The notes below the pieces were generated by a model. It saw only the letters and a list, made by a program, of their open reading frames with translations, did not search any database and was not told where the DNA came from. This document shows, one piece after another, positions 52,540 to 64,000 of a DNA stretch of 64,000 nt. The DNA is from Trichodelitschia bisporula (Eukaryota). Within the stretch, counting starts at the first letter, position 1. The number at the start of each line of letters is the position of its first letter. The stretch lies in the NCBI GenBank assembly GCA_010356995.1, contig ML996706.1:315789-379788 (forward strand). Reading direction: 5' to 3'. Both the position numbers and the translations under genes were made by a program.

Positions 52540-53083
52540 GATTACAACGAACGAGAACGTGTGGCAACCACGAGAGGCAACGAAAGCCTAGAGAATGGCG
52601 ACGAAAAAAAGGCGAGAGAGTTGGAGGGAACTCGTAGGGTGCCGTGGTTTTGACGAAGTCGGTGATCAAGTGGGCATGTCGAGCAAACAAACACTAGGGT
52701 ACCGAAAGAGCACAAGGCCGCAATTGCCGACTTGTAAATGGAGAGTTCAGCTTGGCATTTGGTTCTACGCGCTATATGAGGCTGCATTACCGCGTAGCGA
52801 GGTAAGGGACGGATAGAAGTTGAAGTTGAAGTTGGCAAGTGTGATGGGATGAAGAGTCGTGGTCACTGGAGCTCGATAAGAGCGCGTTTGCTACGCCTTG
52901 TCCCGTGACGTCTTGCCCCACCATCAGGATCAGCCCCACTCACCCCCGCGCTACGCCACATACGCCACATACGCCACATTTTCTGCGGCAGGAGCCCCGC
53001 CACCCGCAGATCTACACCACCAGTCCAGCGACATCGCTCTCCCGTACGTGAACATACATACATCGTACACATCCTCAAGAGCT

Positions 53084-54195
53084 ATGGACTCTCAACCAAG
53101 AACACTTCGTAGTGCTTTTCTCGAAGCTGAATCCCGCCGGAGAGATCTTGAGTCGTCGTGGGAAAGTTCCAGCGCCACCTTCCAGGACAACCTTGCCGCT
53201 GCTATCGCCCTATATGAGGAAAGCTTGAAGGCAGCGCGCGAAGTTGCGCTCTTCAGTCCGAATGAGACGCTGGAAGATGTCAACTCTGGCGACCTCCAGT
53301 ACATGCTCATCAACTACCATCTGGCGGAGCTAAGCACAAAAATCACCGGTGGAGATCGCAAGGCGCATATCCTTCACGCGAGACGCTACTATGAAGCTTT
53401 CCTCAAGCTCTTAGACTCTTATGATATGCTTTCCAAGTCTGATTCGAAGCTATATGGGCAATACACGGAGGCGCCAGACATGTTTTCCACAGCATCCAGA
53501 ACAGACGCGGCAGCCCGCAGAGAGACAAAAATTGCTCGTTTCAAGGAAGAAAAAGCGCTGAAGAGCAAGCTCGAAGTACGCCACTTCAAGCCTGTAAGGT
53601 CATACTAACCGCACCGCAGCATCTCCGCCAGAACCCCCAAGCCCTCGAAAACGACGAAGACGCCCTCCGCGACCTGCACCTCACCAGCATCTCCCTCTCC
53701 ATCTACCAGACCTTCCAATCCCTCGAGTCCATCGCCCAAGAGCTGCACATACTAGCCATGGCGCCGCCCTCACAACCAGAAGGCGCCTCGCCTCGCGGAT
53801 CAGATACTCGGGAGCGCGAAAGTGCAGACAAGAGCGGGTATTCGGACCGGTTAGACTCGCGCGTCGGGGGTCTGGCGGGCTTGCAAGGCCCCATCCTGAG
53901 CAAAGATGGGAGACCGCTTCGGCCGTTTACCATACTAGATAATCGGACAAGGTTTCAGCAGGGGGTGTTCCGGCCGGATCACAGTCTTCCGACGATGACT
54001 ATTGATGAGTACCTTGAGGAGGAGAAGAAGCGGGGTGGGATAATAGAGGGTGGCGGCGAACAATCGGGTGTCAGGCCGGAGCCTGATGAGGATAACATGA
54101 CGAAGGCGGATGAAGAGACTTTGAAGGCGCGGGAGTGGGATGAGTTTACGGAGGCGAATCCCAAGGGCTCGGGGAATACGTTCAATAGGGGCTGA
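53084..54195 (+). CDS. TAP42: Tap42/alpha4 PP2A-associated protein
   Basis: LFSPNETLEDV, RRETKIARFK, GRPLRPFTIL, VFRPDHSLPTMTIDEYL, KAREWDEF..NPKGSGN; intron 53577-53619. Confidence 0.92.
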
Positions 54196-54833
54196 GTGCG
54201 AGCCTCTGGGTGCCGTCAGAGCTACCATCTCAATGCCACTCTGTCTTTGCCCCTTTCCCGGTGATGTTGTGCTTAACCCGTACGATGTCGGTCATGGTGA
54301 GGCTCCCGGGGCAAAAGTTCGTCGTCCTGAATAGTTGCCTATTGGGGCTAGCGAAGTGAAGATTAAGGGACTCAGGTTGGGCTACGCCGGATGTCAAGCT
54401 CTCACGATCCCGGAGGTAGAAGATTGCTTCTAGTGAAGGCTAAGAAGACAACACGACACACCAAAAGCACGACACTACACGTAGTTCATTACCATTACAC
54501 ATACACATAATAGTACACATATACACGCACGCACTTAGCGAGCGAACCCAACGTACGCCATACGCAATGCATAAACGCCACTCAGCAACTTAAATGCCGT
54601 TGTATCATGCACATGCGACCGCCATGCCCGAGTCTGTCTACAGCTCTCCCGTAGATGACATGCATTATATCAAATGGAAAAGCAAAGACTTTTGTTCCAC
54701 CCATACCACATTTCCCGTAACTCATGCCATATCCCCTCGTCCCCTTAAGCAAACTCCAATTCAGAATGCCCTTCGAAACAGCCTCGAATTGTGCTCTGCT
54801 GCCCTGATGCCTTCTTTACCTCTCCATCCTGCA

Positions 54834-57800
54834 TTACGGCGCCATGACAAGCGCCAGCAGGGCCATGCGAGTGTAGAGTCCATAGCGCATCTGCTTTGTG
54901 TTAGACCGGTCCAAAAAAAAGGGATAATGTTCCTTGGAACTCACCTGGCGGAAGTACGCCGCGCGCGGATCAAAATCCAGCTCCTCGGCGATCTCCTGGT
55001 TGCGCGGCAGAGGATGCATGACGATCATGTTTGTTTTAGCCGTCTTGAGCACAGCATTGTCGACGACAAACGCCGCCTTAACACGCTCATAGAGGTCTTG
55101 GTCCTCGAATCGCTCCTTCTGCACCCGCGTCACGTACAGCACGTCCGAATGAGCGACGATATCCTCCGTGAGCGTGGCCTCTTCCCTACCGAGCTGTCCG
55201 CGGCGCTTCAGAGCGTCGCGCACCTTGGCGGGCAACTCCAGCCCAGCCGGCGCCACGAGCTGAATGGTCACGTCGTAATGCTTGAGCAGCTCGCAGAGGG
55301 AGTGGACGGTGCGGCCGTAGCGCAGGTCGCCGACGAAGGTGATGGTCAGCCCGTTGACTGTGCCCAGTTCCTCGCGGATGGTGAAAAGATCGAGGAAGGC
55401 CTGGGTTGGGTGCTCGCGCGCGCCGTTGCCCGCGTTGATGATGGGGACATTGGAGAACTTGGCCGCGATGGCAGCGGAGGACTCGTCCGGGTGCCGCAAC
55501 ACGATAGCATCGCCGTAGCAGCCCAGGGTACGGATGGTATCGGCCAGTGATTCGCCCTTGGCAGTCGAGGAGTAGGCTTCGTTGATCTGCACGACCTCAC
55601 CGCCGAGACGCTTCATGGCGGCGTCGAAGGATGACGAGGTCCGCGTCGAAGGCTCGAAAAACATGGTGCACAGCACACGGCCCTTGAGGATGTCCAGGCA
55701 GCCTTGACGCTGCACTCCAAGGCGCATTTCTTGGGCGACCGTGAAGAGATCGTGAAGATCGGCGCGAGAGAACTGTGACACCGACAAGATATGCTTACCC
55801 CGGAACGGAGAGCGAGCGAGAAGCTCCGGGAGCTGAACAGCTTTGGGAGCCTGCAGCTGGCGGTAGAGCGGAGCGGTCGTTGACTCGGATTGGGGAGCGG
55901 GCACGAAAGTCTGATAGTCGACCTTTGTGACCTCCAGATCGTATTGACGCGCGAGAGCCTCGATCAAGATCTTTGCATTCTTCACGTTGGTGACCAAAGG
56001 CGTTTGGTAGTCCACGGCCATGCGGCGCGTCAGGTAGCCGCGGCTCATGTAGGTGGCAGGGCGGCGGAAGCGATTGCTCGAGGGCAGATTGATGTACAGA
56101 TCGATCATGTTGTTGGCGAGATGTTGTGTCAGCGAGTACTCGGGCTTCTGGGCGTCGGAGCCCTCAGGCAGGACTTCGAGAAACTTGACCGGGATGCCAT
56201 GCTCCTGAATGTAATCTGCCGTGCCCGCCGTAGCAAACAGGCTGTAGCCCATCTTGTGGAGCCGCTCGATAGATGGAAGCATCTCCAGCTTATCCTTGAA
56301 AGAACCAATGGACAGCAGGATGTTCTTCTTGGGCAGCTTGAATCCGGTCGAGAGCAAAGCCTTGATGTACGCTTCGTACTTCGTACGGCCAAAGCAAGCG
56401 ACCTCGCCCGTAGATGCCATTTCTACGCCAAGCACGGGATCGGCACCAGACAGACGAGAAAAGGAGAACTGCGGCACCTTGACACCAACATAATCGGGCG
56501 GAATGGTCACCGGGGGGTATTCAACGAGCGGTAAACCTGCCATGGCCTTGGTGGCCATTTCGATCAAGTCCACTCCCATCACCTTAGACACGAAGGGGAA
56601 GGAGCGGGATGCGCGGACGTTACACTCGATAACCTTGATCTCGTTGTCCTTGGCGATAAACTGGATGTTGAAGGGCCCAGTGACGTTGAGGGCATTACCG
56701 ATCTTGCGCGTCGCATCTTCGATCCGACGGATGGTCTCCGGGTCTAGATCCTGAGGAGGCAGAATCAAGGTGGCATCCCCAGAGTGAACGCCTGCGTTTT
56801 CAACGTGCTCGGAGATAAAATGGCCAATCATGGTGCCGTTGCGCGCAACAGCATCCATCTCGATCTCTTTAGCGTTCTCAATATACTTGGTGATGACAAC
56901 TGGATGCTCGCGGGAAACATCAGCAGCTTGCTTCAGGTACGCGGCCAAGTCATCCTTCGAATAAACGGTGTTCATGGCAGCGCCAGAGAGGACATAAGAC
57001 GGCCGGACCAGCACAGGATACGAAACCTTGTCGCAGAATTCGAGTGCTTCTTCGAGGCTGGTCAACTCCTTCCAAGCCGGCTGGTCGACCGAGATGCGAT
57101 CCAGCATACGCGAAAACTTGTATCGGTTCTCGGCGGTGTCGATCATCTCCGGGGATGTGCCCAGAATGCGGACATTGAGGCGATACAGCGGGAGCGCAAT
57201 GTTGTTGGGCGTTTGACCACCCATGGAGAGGATAACGCCACTTGAGTTCTCCATTTGATAGATGTCAAGGATGGACTCCAGGTTGATATTCTCAAAGTAC
57301 AGACGATCAGCTTCGTCGTAATCTGTGCTGACAGTCTCCGGGTTGTAATTGACCATGACGGTTTTGAATCCGTGTTCACGGAGAGTGCGGATGGCCCGCA
57401 CAGAGCACCAGTCAAACTCGACAGATGAGCCGATGCGATACACGCCAGATCCCAAGACCATGACACCGTGATCGTCGAAAGTTATATCGCTCTCCCGACC
57501 ATTGTAAGTGAGATACAAATAATTCGTCACGGCGGGGAATTCAGCAGCCACAGTATCGATACGCTTCACGATAGGTGTGATGAAGACGTCAAGCCGGGCG
57601 CGGCGCACCTCAAGTTCCGTCGAGCTCCAGAACTTAGCAAGCTGGCGGTCGGAGAAGCCGAGCTTCTTAGCCTCCACAAATTGCGGCCGGGGAACAGTGC
57701 GTGGGCTCCACTGGCTGATGACCTTAGAGAAGTCGCTCAGCTTCTTAAGGCGGCTCAAAAACCACTTGTCGATCTTGGTCATCTCCCAGATCTTGTTGAC

Positions 57801-60478
57801 CGAATAACCAGCGTGCATGGCATTTGCGATCGCAAACAAGCGCTGGTCAGAGGGAGTCTGAAGCTCCTGGTCAATGGACATAAGGGCACTCGTTTCGTTG
57901 AAGCCCAAGTTAGAAGGATCAACACCCCGGATGGCCTTCTGAATGGCCTCCTCAAAGGTGCGACCAATGCTCATGACTTCTCCAACACTCTTCATCGAGG
58001 AACCCAGGGCCGTGGAGACGCGAGTGAATTTTTTGAGGTCCCAGCGGGGAATCTTCACCACGACGTAGTCAAGAGAAGGTTCGAAGCACGCACAGGTCGA
58101 TTTTGTGACGGAGTTCGTGATCTCGTTCAAGGGAATTCCGAGACCAAGCTTAGCCGCAACGAAAGCAAGAGGGTAACCAGTAGCCTTAGACGCCAAAGCG
58201 GATGAGCGAGACAGACGAGCATTGACCTCGATGATACAATACTCCTTTGAAAACGGATTCAAGGCGTACTGGATGTTGCATTCGCCGACAACCCCAAGGT
58301 GCCGAATGACGTTAATAGCCGTAGTCCGCAGCATATTGTAGTCGTCATCGGAGAGGGTCTGTGACGGCGCAACAACGATGGAATCGCCCGTATGGATGCC
58401 CAGGGGATCAAAATTTTCCATGTTGCACACCGTGATGCAGTTGTCATGCGCATCACGGACAACCTCATATTCGATCTCCTTCCATCCCTTCATGCTGCGC
58501 TCAATGAGCACCTGGGGGCTGGCAGCAAAGGCCTTGTTGCAAAGCTCGATCAGCTCCTCCTTGTTATCGGCAAAACCGCTCCCGAGGCCACCAAGGGCAA
58601 AGGCAGCGCGGACAATTAGTGGATAGCCAATCTTCTCGGAAGCATCGAGCGCCTCCTCGAGCGTCGTCGCGGAAGCCGACTTAGCACACTTCTCGCCGAT
58701 CGACTCCATGCTGCGGGCGAACAGCTCACGATCTTCGGTGGTAATGATCGTATCAATAGGAGTGCCGAGTACCTTGACGCCGAGCGCCTCCAACTCATCC
58801 TTGAGCTGAATGCCAACCTGGAGCGCCGTTTGGCCACCAAATGTAACGTAGATGGCATCGGGCTTCTCGTAGGTGATGACCTTGCGGACAAACTCGGCAT
58901 TTACCGGAAGGAAGTATACCTTGTCGGCAAGCCCTTTGGATGTCTGAATTGTGGCGATGTTCGGGTTGATGAGAATGGTGTAGATACCCTCCTCCTTCAG
59001 GGCCTTGATAGCCTGGCTGCCCGAGTAATCGAATTCACCAGCCTGTCCAATGCTGAGACCACCGCTGCCCAGAACCAGTGCCTTCTTCACAGAGACGCGC
59101 GGATGCAGCTTCAGGTTCTCTTCAGCCTTGCCACCGGGGAAGATAACGGGCTCAGTAAGCGCCGCTGGTGACTCAATGCACTTCTGAATGGCGTCAATGA
59201 AGATGTCGAAGAGAAACTCGGTATCTTCCGGACCCGGTGCGTGTTCTGGGTGGAACTGGACGCTGAAGTACGGCCGGCCGATGTGATGTATGCCTTCATT
59301 GGTGCCGTCATTAGCGTTTACGAACAGCTCCTCCCAACCGGGAAGGAGAGACTCGGTCTCCACAGCGAAACCATGATTCTGCGACGTGATGTAACAGCGC
59401 CCTGAAATGCGGTTGGTGCAAGGAATGTTGTGGCCGCGGTTGCCAAACTTCATCTTCGTTGTCCGCGCACCAGAAGCGCGCGCCAACAGCTGATGACCCA
59501 AGCAGATACCAAAGATGGGAGTTTTGGCCTTGTCTAAAGCGTCCTTGATATGGCTCACAGTGGTTTCGAGCATCGCAGGATCGCCCGGCCCGTTTGAAAT
59601 GAACAGGCCATCATACTCCTCACCCAAGAGCTGGGTGAAGTCATAGTCCCACGGCACGACCAGCACCTCGACGCCGCGCTTTACTAGGCAGCGAAGCTGG
59701 TTGTACTTGAGGCCGACATCAACGCAAATCACGCGCACGGCTCGACCAGACGGGTGCTTGAGAGCGGTCGCCGGCTCTGGCGAGTAGGACTTGGGAACTT
59801 TTATGGATACTGCAAGCTGTCAGATATAGATCTCCGAGAGATTTGCGGGAAGGTTTAGCCACCTTCTGCCACAAGGTTCTTCAAATTGGGATTGACCCAG
59901 GGAAGAGTCTCAAAGTCGTCTTTCCAGCTGTGTACACCGTTCTGAGTGCCGTTTTGCACAGGGGTCGTAGAGCGAGTAATGACGGCAGAGAGATCGGTGG
60001 TGGAAGAGATATCAGGAGAACTAGGAAGAAGCAGACGCCCAAGCATGCTGCCCTCATCGCGGATCCGCTTCGTCAATGCCCTAGTATCCACGCCATATAT
60101 GGCCGGGACGCCCTGCTCTTTCAGCCACGTACCTAGCGACGACGAAGCCAGATAGTGCGAGTACTCTTCACCGGCGTATGTAGCCACCACCAGGCCAGCA
60201 ACATGGATCTCATTGGACTCGAAGTGTGCGGGGAGATCTTTCAACAGTTCGTCCCTGGTCTCTCTCGAAGGCACGCCATAATTGCCAATGAGCGGGAAAG
60301 TAATGACGAGGATTTGGCCGCGGTAGGAGGGATCAGTCAGAGACTCCGGATATCCCACCATTCCCGTCTGAAAGACGAGCTCACCGGAGACGCTCTTGTT
60401 GGCACCAAAGCTGGTACCGTAGCAATGGAAACCATCCTCAAGTTCGAGGGCCATCTTGAGTATGTCGGTAACTGCCAT
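54834..60478 (-). CDS. URA2: Pyrimidine multienzyme: glutamine amidotransferase + carbamoyl-phosphate synthetase + aspartate transcarbamylase, without a DHOase-like domain
   Basis: GATase [31 protein letters not shown], duplicated ATP-grasp halves, MGS domain; ATCase [17 protein letters not shown]. Introns 59810-59862 and 54891-54944 give about 1845 aa. Confidence 0.95.
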
Positions 60479-62158
60479 GATGGCGACGACGTGATCTTAT
60501 GGCGCCTGGAGGCTTGCACAACTGGTAGGTGCGCAGTTGCAGATGTCGTTGGGACTGTGATGCGGAAGGGCCTCGGTGCGTCTGCGGGTTCCGGCAGCAA
60601 ACTGGCTAGTTATGTGCAGAATTGACGGAATGGCACATGAACCGGTACCCCGCTTCGAGGTTTGCGGTCTAGGACCGTGGTAGTAGGAGGTAGCGTAAGG
60701 GTGAAACGAATGATAAAGACGAGTACGCAGATGCAGGGAGCAGACGATGTTGAGGAGAGAAAAGGGTTGGAGTGATAGGAAGAGGAAATTTGTGGTTTGC
60801 AACTTTTTGGCAAAGGCGGCGGACTGGCGGGGGAATATTTTTCTCTCTACGAAACCTCGACCCAAGACCTGGACTAAGAATTAAAATGGGGACCTGTTGA
60901 GCTACGGTAAAAGCCCTTCAAGGGTCTAGCACCCAGGTTATGCACCAGCCTGATTTGGAATGGTGTGATCTCGTTGGGCAAGCGAGCTGTACGTACCGGT
61001 TCGGGTTATGAATTGTCGGTAATCGTGGGTCCCATGGCTTGCGACTTGAAGAGATGCGCAGCGGGGCTGGCGAAGAGCTCGCGGGGCCAACGGTCTTTCG
61101 GTTTATTGGTTCGCTTCAAGCTATTCAAGCCTTTTGTCTTGGTATCATATCCCAGTCCACTCTTGAAGCATTCAACCACCAGCGTGACCGACATTGTCAG
61201 CCTAATGGCCTGCCGATGCTTCGTCGCCTTGGAAGCAGTGGTATACAGCTATTATCTTGCTGTGCCTCCGTGTCAGATGATGTTACAGATGATTGTTCCT
61301 ACCGTACCGTATAGTGCAGAGTTTTGCGACCCGCTCAGCTGTTATGCATGGGTGACATAATTGTTTCTAGACCCGGGGCCACCCAAAAAAGGTTGTGACC
61401 GCACCCGTCCGCAAAGTTGCTCAGTAGGGCGGCCCATGGTTATTTCGATGGCCCTTGGACCCTCGATCCCGTCTAATGATCCCGTTTATACTCCGTAAAC
61501 CCGCAGCTAGTCGCCTCTCTAGCGGAGAGTATGGCGAATTTTATGCGTGGTTGGTAGATGCAGGTGCGGCTAGGTGCAGGGCACGCCATATATGGACATT
61601 CGTCCACTGCCTTCGCCGGCCTTTGCCTCATGCTGCAGGTGGAGCGTTGTGGTAGATGCTATTTGCGAGAGAGCTGCAAGGCGGTGTGCGGGTTAATGCA
61701 ACAGCGGGAAAAATGCTAGCGAATATATGGAGCGAACAATGATGGTAGCTACTGCCGTCTACTCCGTAGATGCTTCGACAGACAATTGAACCATGATGCT
61801 CCTTCTCTGTTTCATGAATCTATCTACCCCTCCACTGCCTTCCCCCCAAAGAGGGGATAGCGCTCCCGCAAGGCACTATCACGGGGCCTCTGCGTCCGTG
61901 CGCCCCTTGGCCTTGGCCCGCCGCATGGTCCACATCGATCTTGACAACCCCGAAGATAAGGATCAATCCATTCCTCAAGCATCCCTCTTCCTCCCCCTCA
62001 TTCTCGACTTCTTAAGTCATGGCATGATCGTTCTGGTCGCCGCGAATACTCTTTTCCCCGAGCATATTCATCGTTGGATTTAGTTCTTTGAAATGCAGGC
62101 ATTTCTGGCTGTCAACATGCCCTTGGGTATGCGCCAGTGAGTACCGGTGCTATCTGCA

Positions 62159-64000
62159 ATGTTCGATTCTCTCTTGCGCCTCTCAAGGGCTCGCCGACGT
62201 GCAGAAAAAGCTCGTCAGTCCTCGACAGATCGTGACAGGCGGCGTGCGCGTGTTGAATCCACGTCTTCTAGCAACAATGGCTTTTACCGGTCTGCGTCCG
62301 AGGGGCCAGCGCGACGAGTCGGAGATGTCGAGGCATCTCTGCTGCTGCCCATATTCTCAGCGCCTCATCTTGGTATGCCTTTATCTAGAGAATCAGAGTG
62401 CTTACGGTTACTGATAAGTTCCCTAGATCGAATTCCTGTTTACAATCTCCAACACCGTATCCGTATGTTGGTGATGCAAAGGGCGGAGACCACATTGTCT
62501 TGGGACCAGCTCCGCTCGCCGCAAGTTTCACAGTTCTTGGTGAAGCCCATACACAGACAGATTCAGGACTCGAATCCACCGCGCGGCACGCTCTACGCAC
62601 TGTTGGCCAACTGCCTGCAATTCCAGAAGGACGGCGAAATGAACCCGGGTAACATCGGTGTTTGTCGCACAAGGGCAATGATATGCGAGCTTTTGGCGAT
62701 GCGAATGCTCAAGGAGCTAGACACTCAAGAGGTTCGTTTCGCTTCATTTCGCTTCCCGCATCCGCTAACCGCATTCAGAGGATCGATGCCCTGTTTTACG
62801 ACTTCGACCCTCTACAGGGCATGACCGGCTACAAGTCAGGCACGACCACGCCGGTTTTTGGGAAGCAGAGGGCGCGTATGCGAATATCAGCCGTCGAAAT
62901 TGCAATCCGAGCACAGGCCAAACGCTTTCTCGCACATCCCCTTGTCGTCGCACAACTCGAGGCTATTTGGGCGGGAACAATTGTGTTCAATTCCGTGGCA
63001 GATACACTCCACCGCCGGCCAGTTGCCAAAAGGAGACACCGGAACATGCCATACGGTACTTTTGATGATTCCCACCCATCGTCACGTACCAGAGGACCCC
63101 CTGCTGAGATCTCATCTAGACGGTCGGTAACTCTTTACGATCCATCTGAAGCTTCATTCTTCAAGCTGTCGCGCCTACGTGTACCTCGGTATCGCCAGAT
63201 CTTTTCAACCTTGTCTTTCGGTGTGATGCTCGGCCTATTCCTAGCGGTTCTTGCGGAGAGATCTCTCGACATCACGGGACTCGAATTGATCTTCTGGTTC
63301 TGGAGCGCCGGCTACATGATGGACGAGATTGTCGGCTTTTCCGAGCAGGGCTTCAGTCTCTACATCATGAGTGTCTGGAACGCCTTTGACATCGGCATTC
63401 TCCTTCTATTTGTGGCCTATTATGTCCTCCGACTCTACAGCATCTTGATTCCGGACGGGAGGAGGGTCCGCTTGACGGCAATGGCTTATGATGTGCTGGC
63501 CTCAACTGCTGTGCTGCTTGTGCCGCGCCTATTCTCTGCGCTGGATCACTACCAGTACTTCAGTCAGCTTCTGATAGCATTCCGGATGATGGCCGTCGAT
63601 CTGGCTGCCATCCTATTGTTGATCGGGATAAGTTGTAGTGGCTTCTTCGTCGCCTTCACAATGTCCTTTTCCTTTTCCGACAGCATCACCGCCTCGAATG
63701 TGGCATATGCCCTCTTCCAGATCCTGATGGGATTCACGCCGGCTGCGTGGGAAATGTGGCCGAACTACAACTTCCTGGGCAAAGCTATCCTGACTCTGTT
63801 CCTCATCATCTGCCATTTCCTCATCGTCACCATCCTCATCACGGTGCTGACCAACTCTTTTACGGCTGTGGCGGTCAATGCGAACGATGAGCATCAGTTC
63901 CTATTTGCTGTCAATACCATTTCGATGGTGAAGAGCGAGGCCCTTTTTTCCTATATACCGCCGACCAATATCCTGGGTTGGATCCTATCGCCACTCCGGT
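62159..64000 (+). CDS. Yvc1/TRPY1-like Ca2+-permeable nonselective cation channel (runs off the window end)
   Basis: LSWDQLRSPQVSQFLVKPI, LYALLANCLQF, CELLA, EIAIRAQAKRFLAHPLVV, RLRVPRY then several transmembrane segments; start codon uncertain. Confidence 0.82.

Noticed and set aside
54440..54600. ACAC-rich tract between TAP42 and URA2 3' ends
   Set aside because: Ordinary imperfect microsatellite in a convergent terminator region.
60479..60870. Arginine attenuator peptide uORF upstream of a CPS gene
   Set aside because: No AAP-like DYLSDH(L/I)W sequence, and the gene is the pyrimidine-specific enzyme rather than arg-2/CPA1.

Overview
Gene-dense, intron-containing genomic DNA of a filamentous ascomycete fungus (GT-AG introns with CTAAC/CTGAC branch sites; Pezizomycotina-type genes). 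About 19 protein-coding genes can be supported: two secreted type-B carboxylesterases, Svf1, a Hal4/Sat4-type kinase, a GNAT-like protein, cytoplasmic dynein heavy chain, an MDR oxidoreductase, a GH28 polygalacturonase, eIF2B-alpha, a NECAP-like adaptor, Ulp1 SUMO protease, mitochondrial S12, two small secreted Cys-rich proteins, the iron regulator SreA, Dicer-like 1, Tap42, the URA2/pyrABCN multienzyme and a Yvc1/TRPY-like channel cut by the window end. I found no tRNA, rRNA, CRISPR or transposase. Most notable: (1) URA2 joins CPSase almost directly to ATCase and lacks the roughly 370-aa DHOase-like domain of canonical fungal Ura2; (2) two tandem secreted genes share an unrecognised Cys-rich module; (3) a membrane microprotein ORF is separated from NECAP by one in-frame TAG; (4) a degenerate ~125-165 bp hairpin-bearing tandem array lies between NECAP and ULP1; (5) a 4-nt microexon. 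All exon structures were read by eye and are unverified by RNA data.
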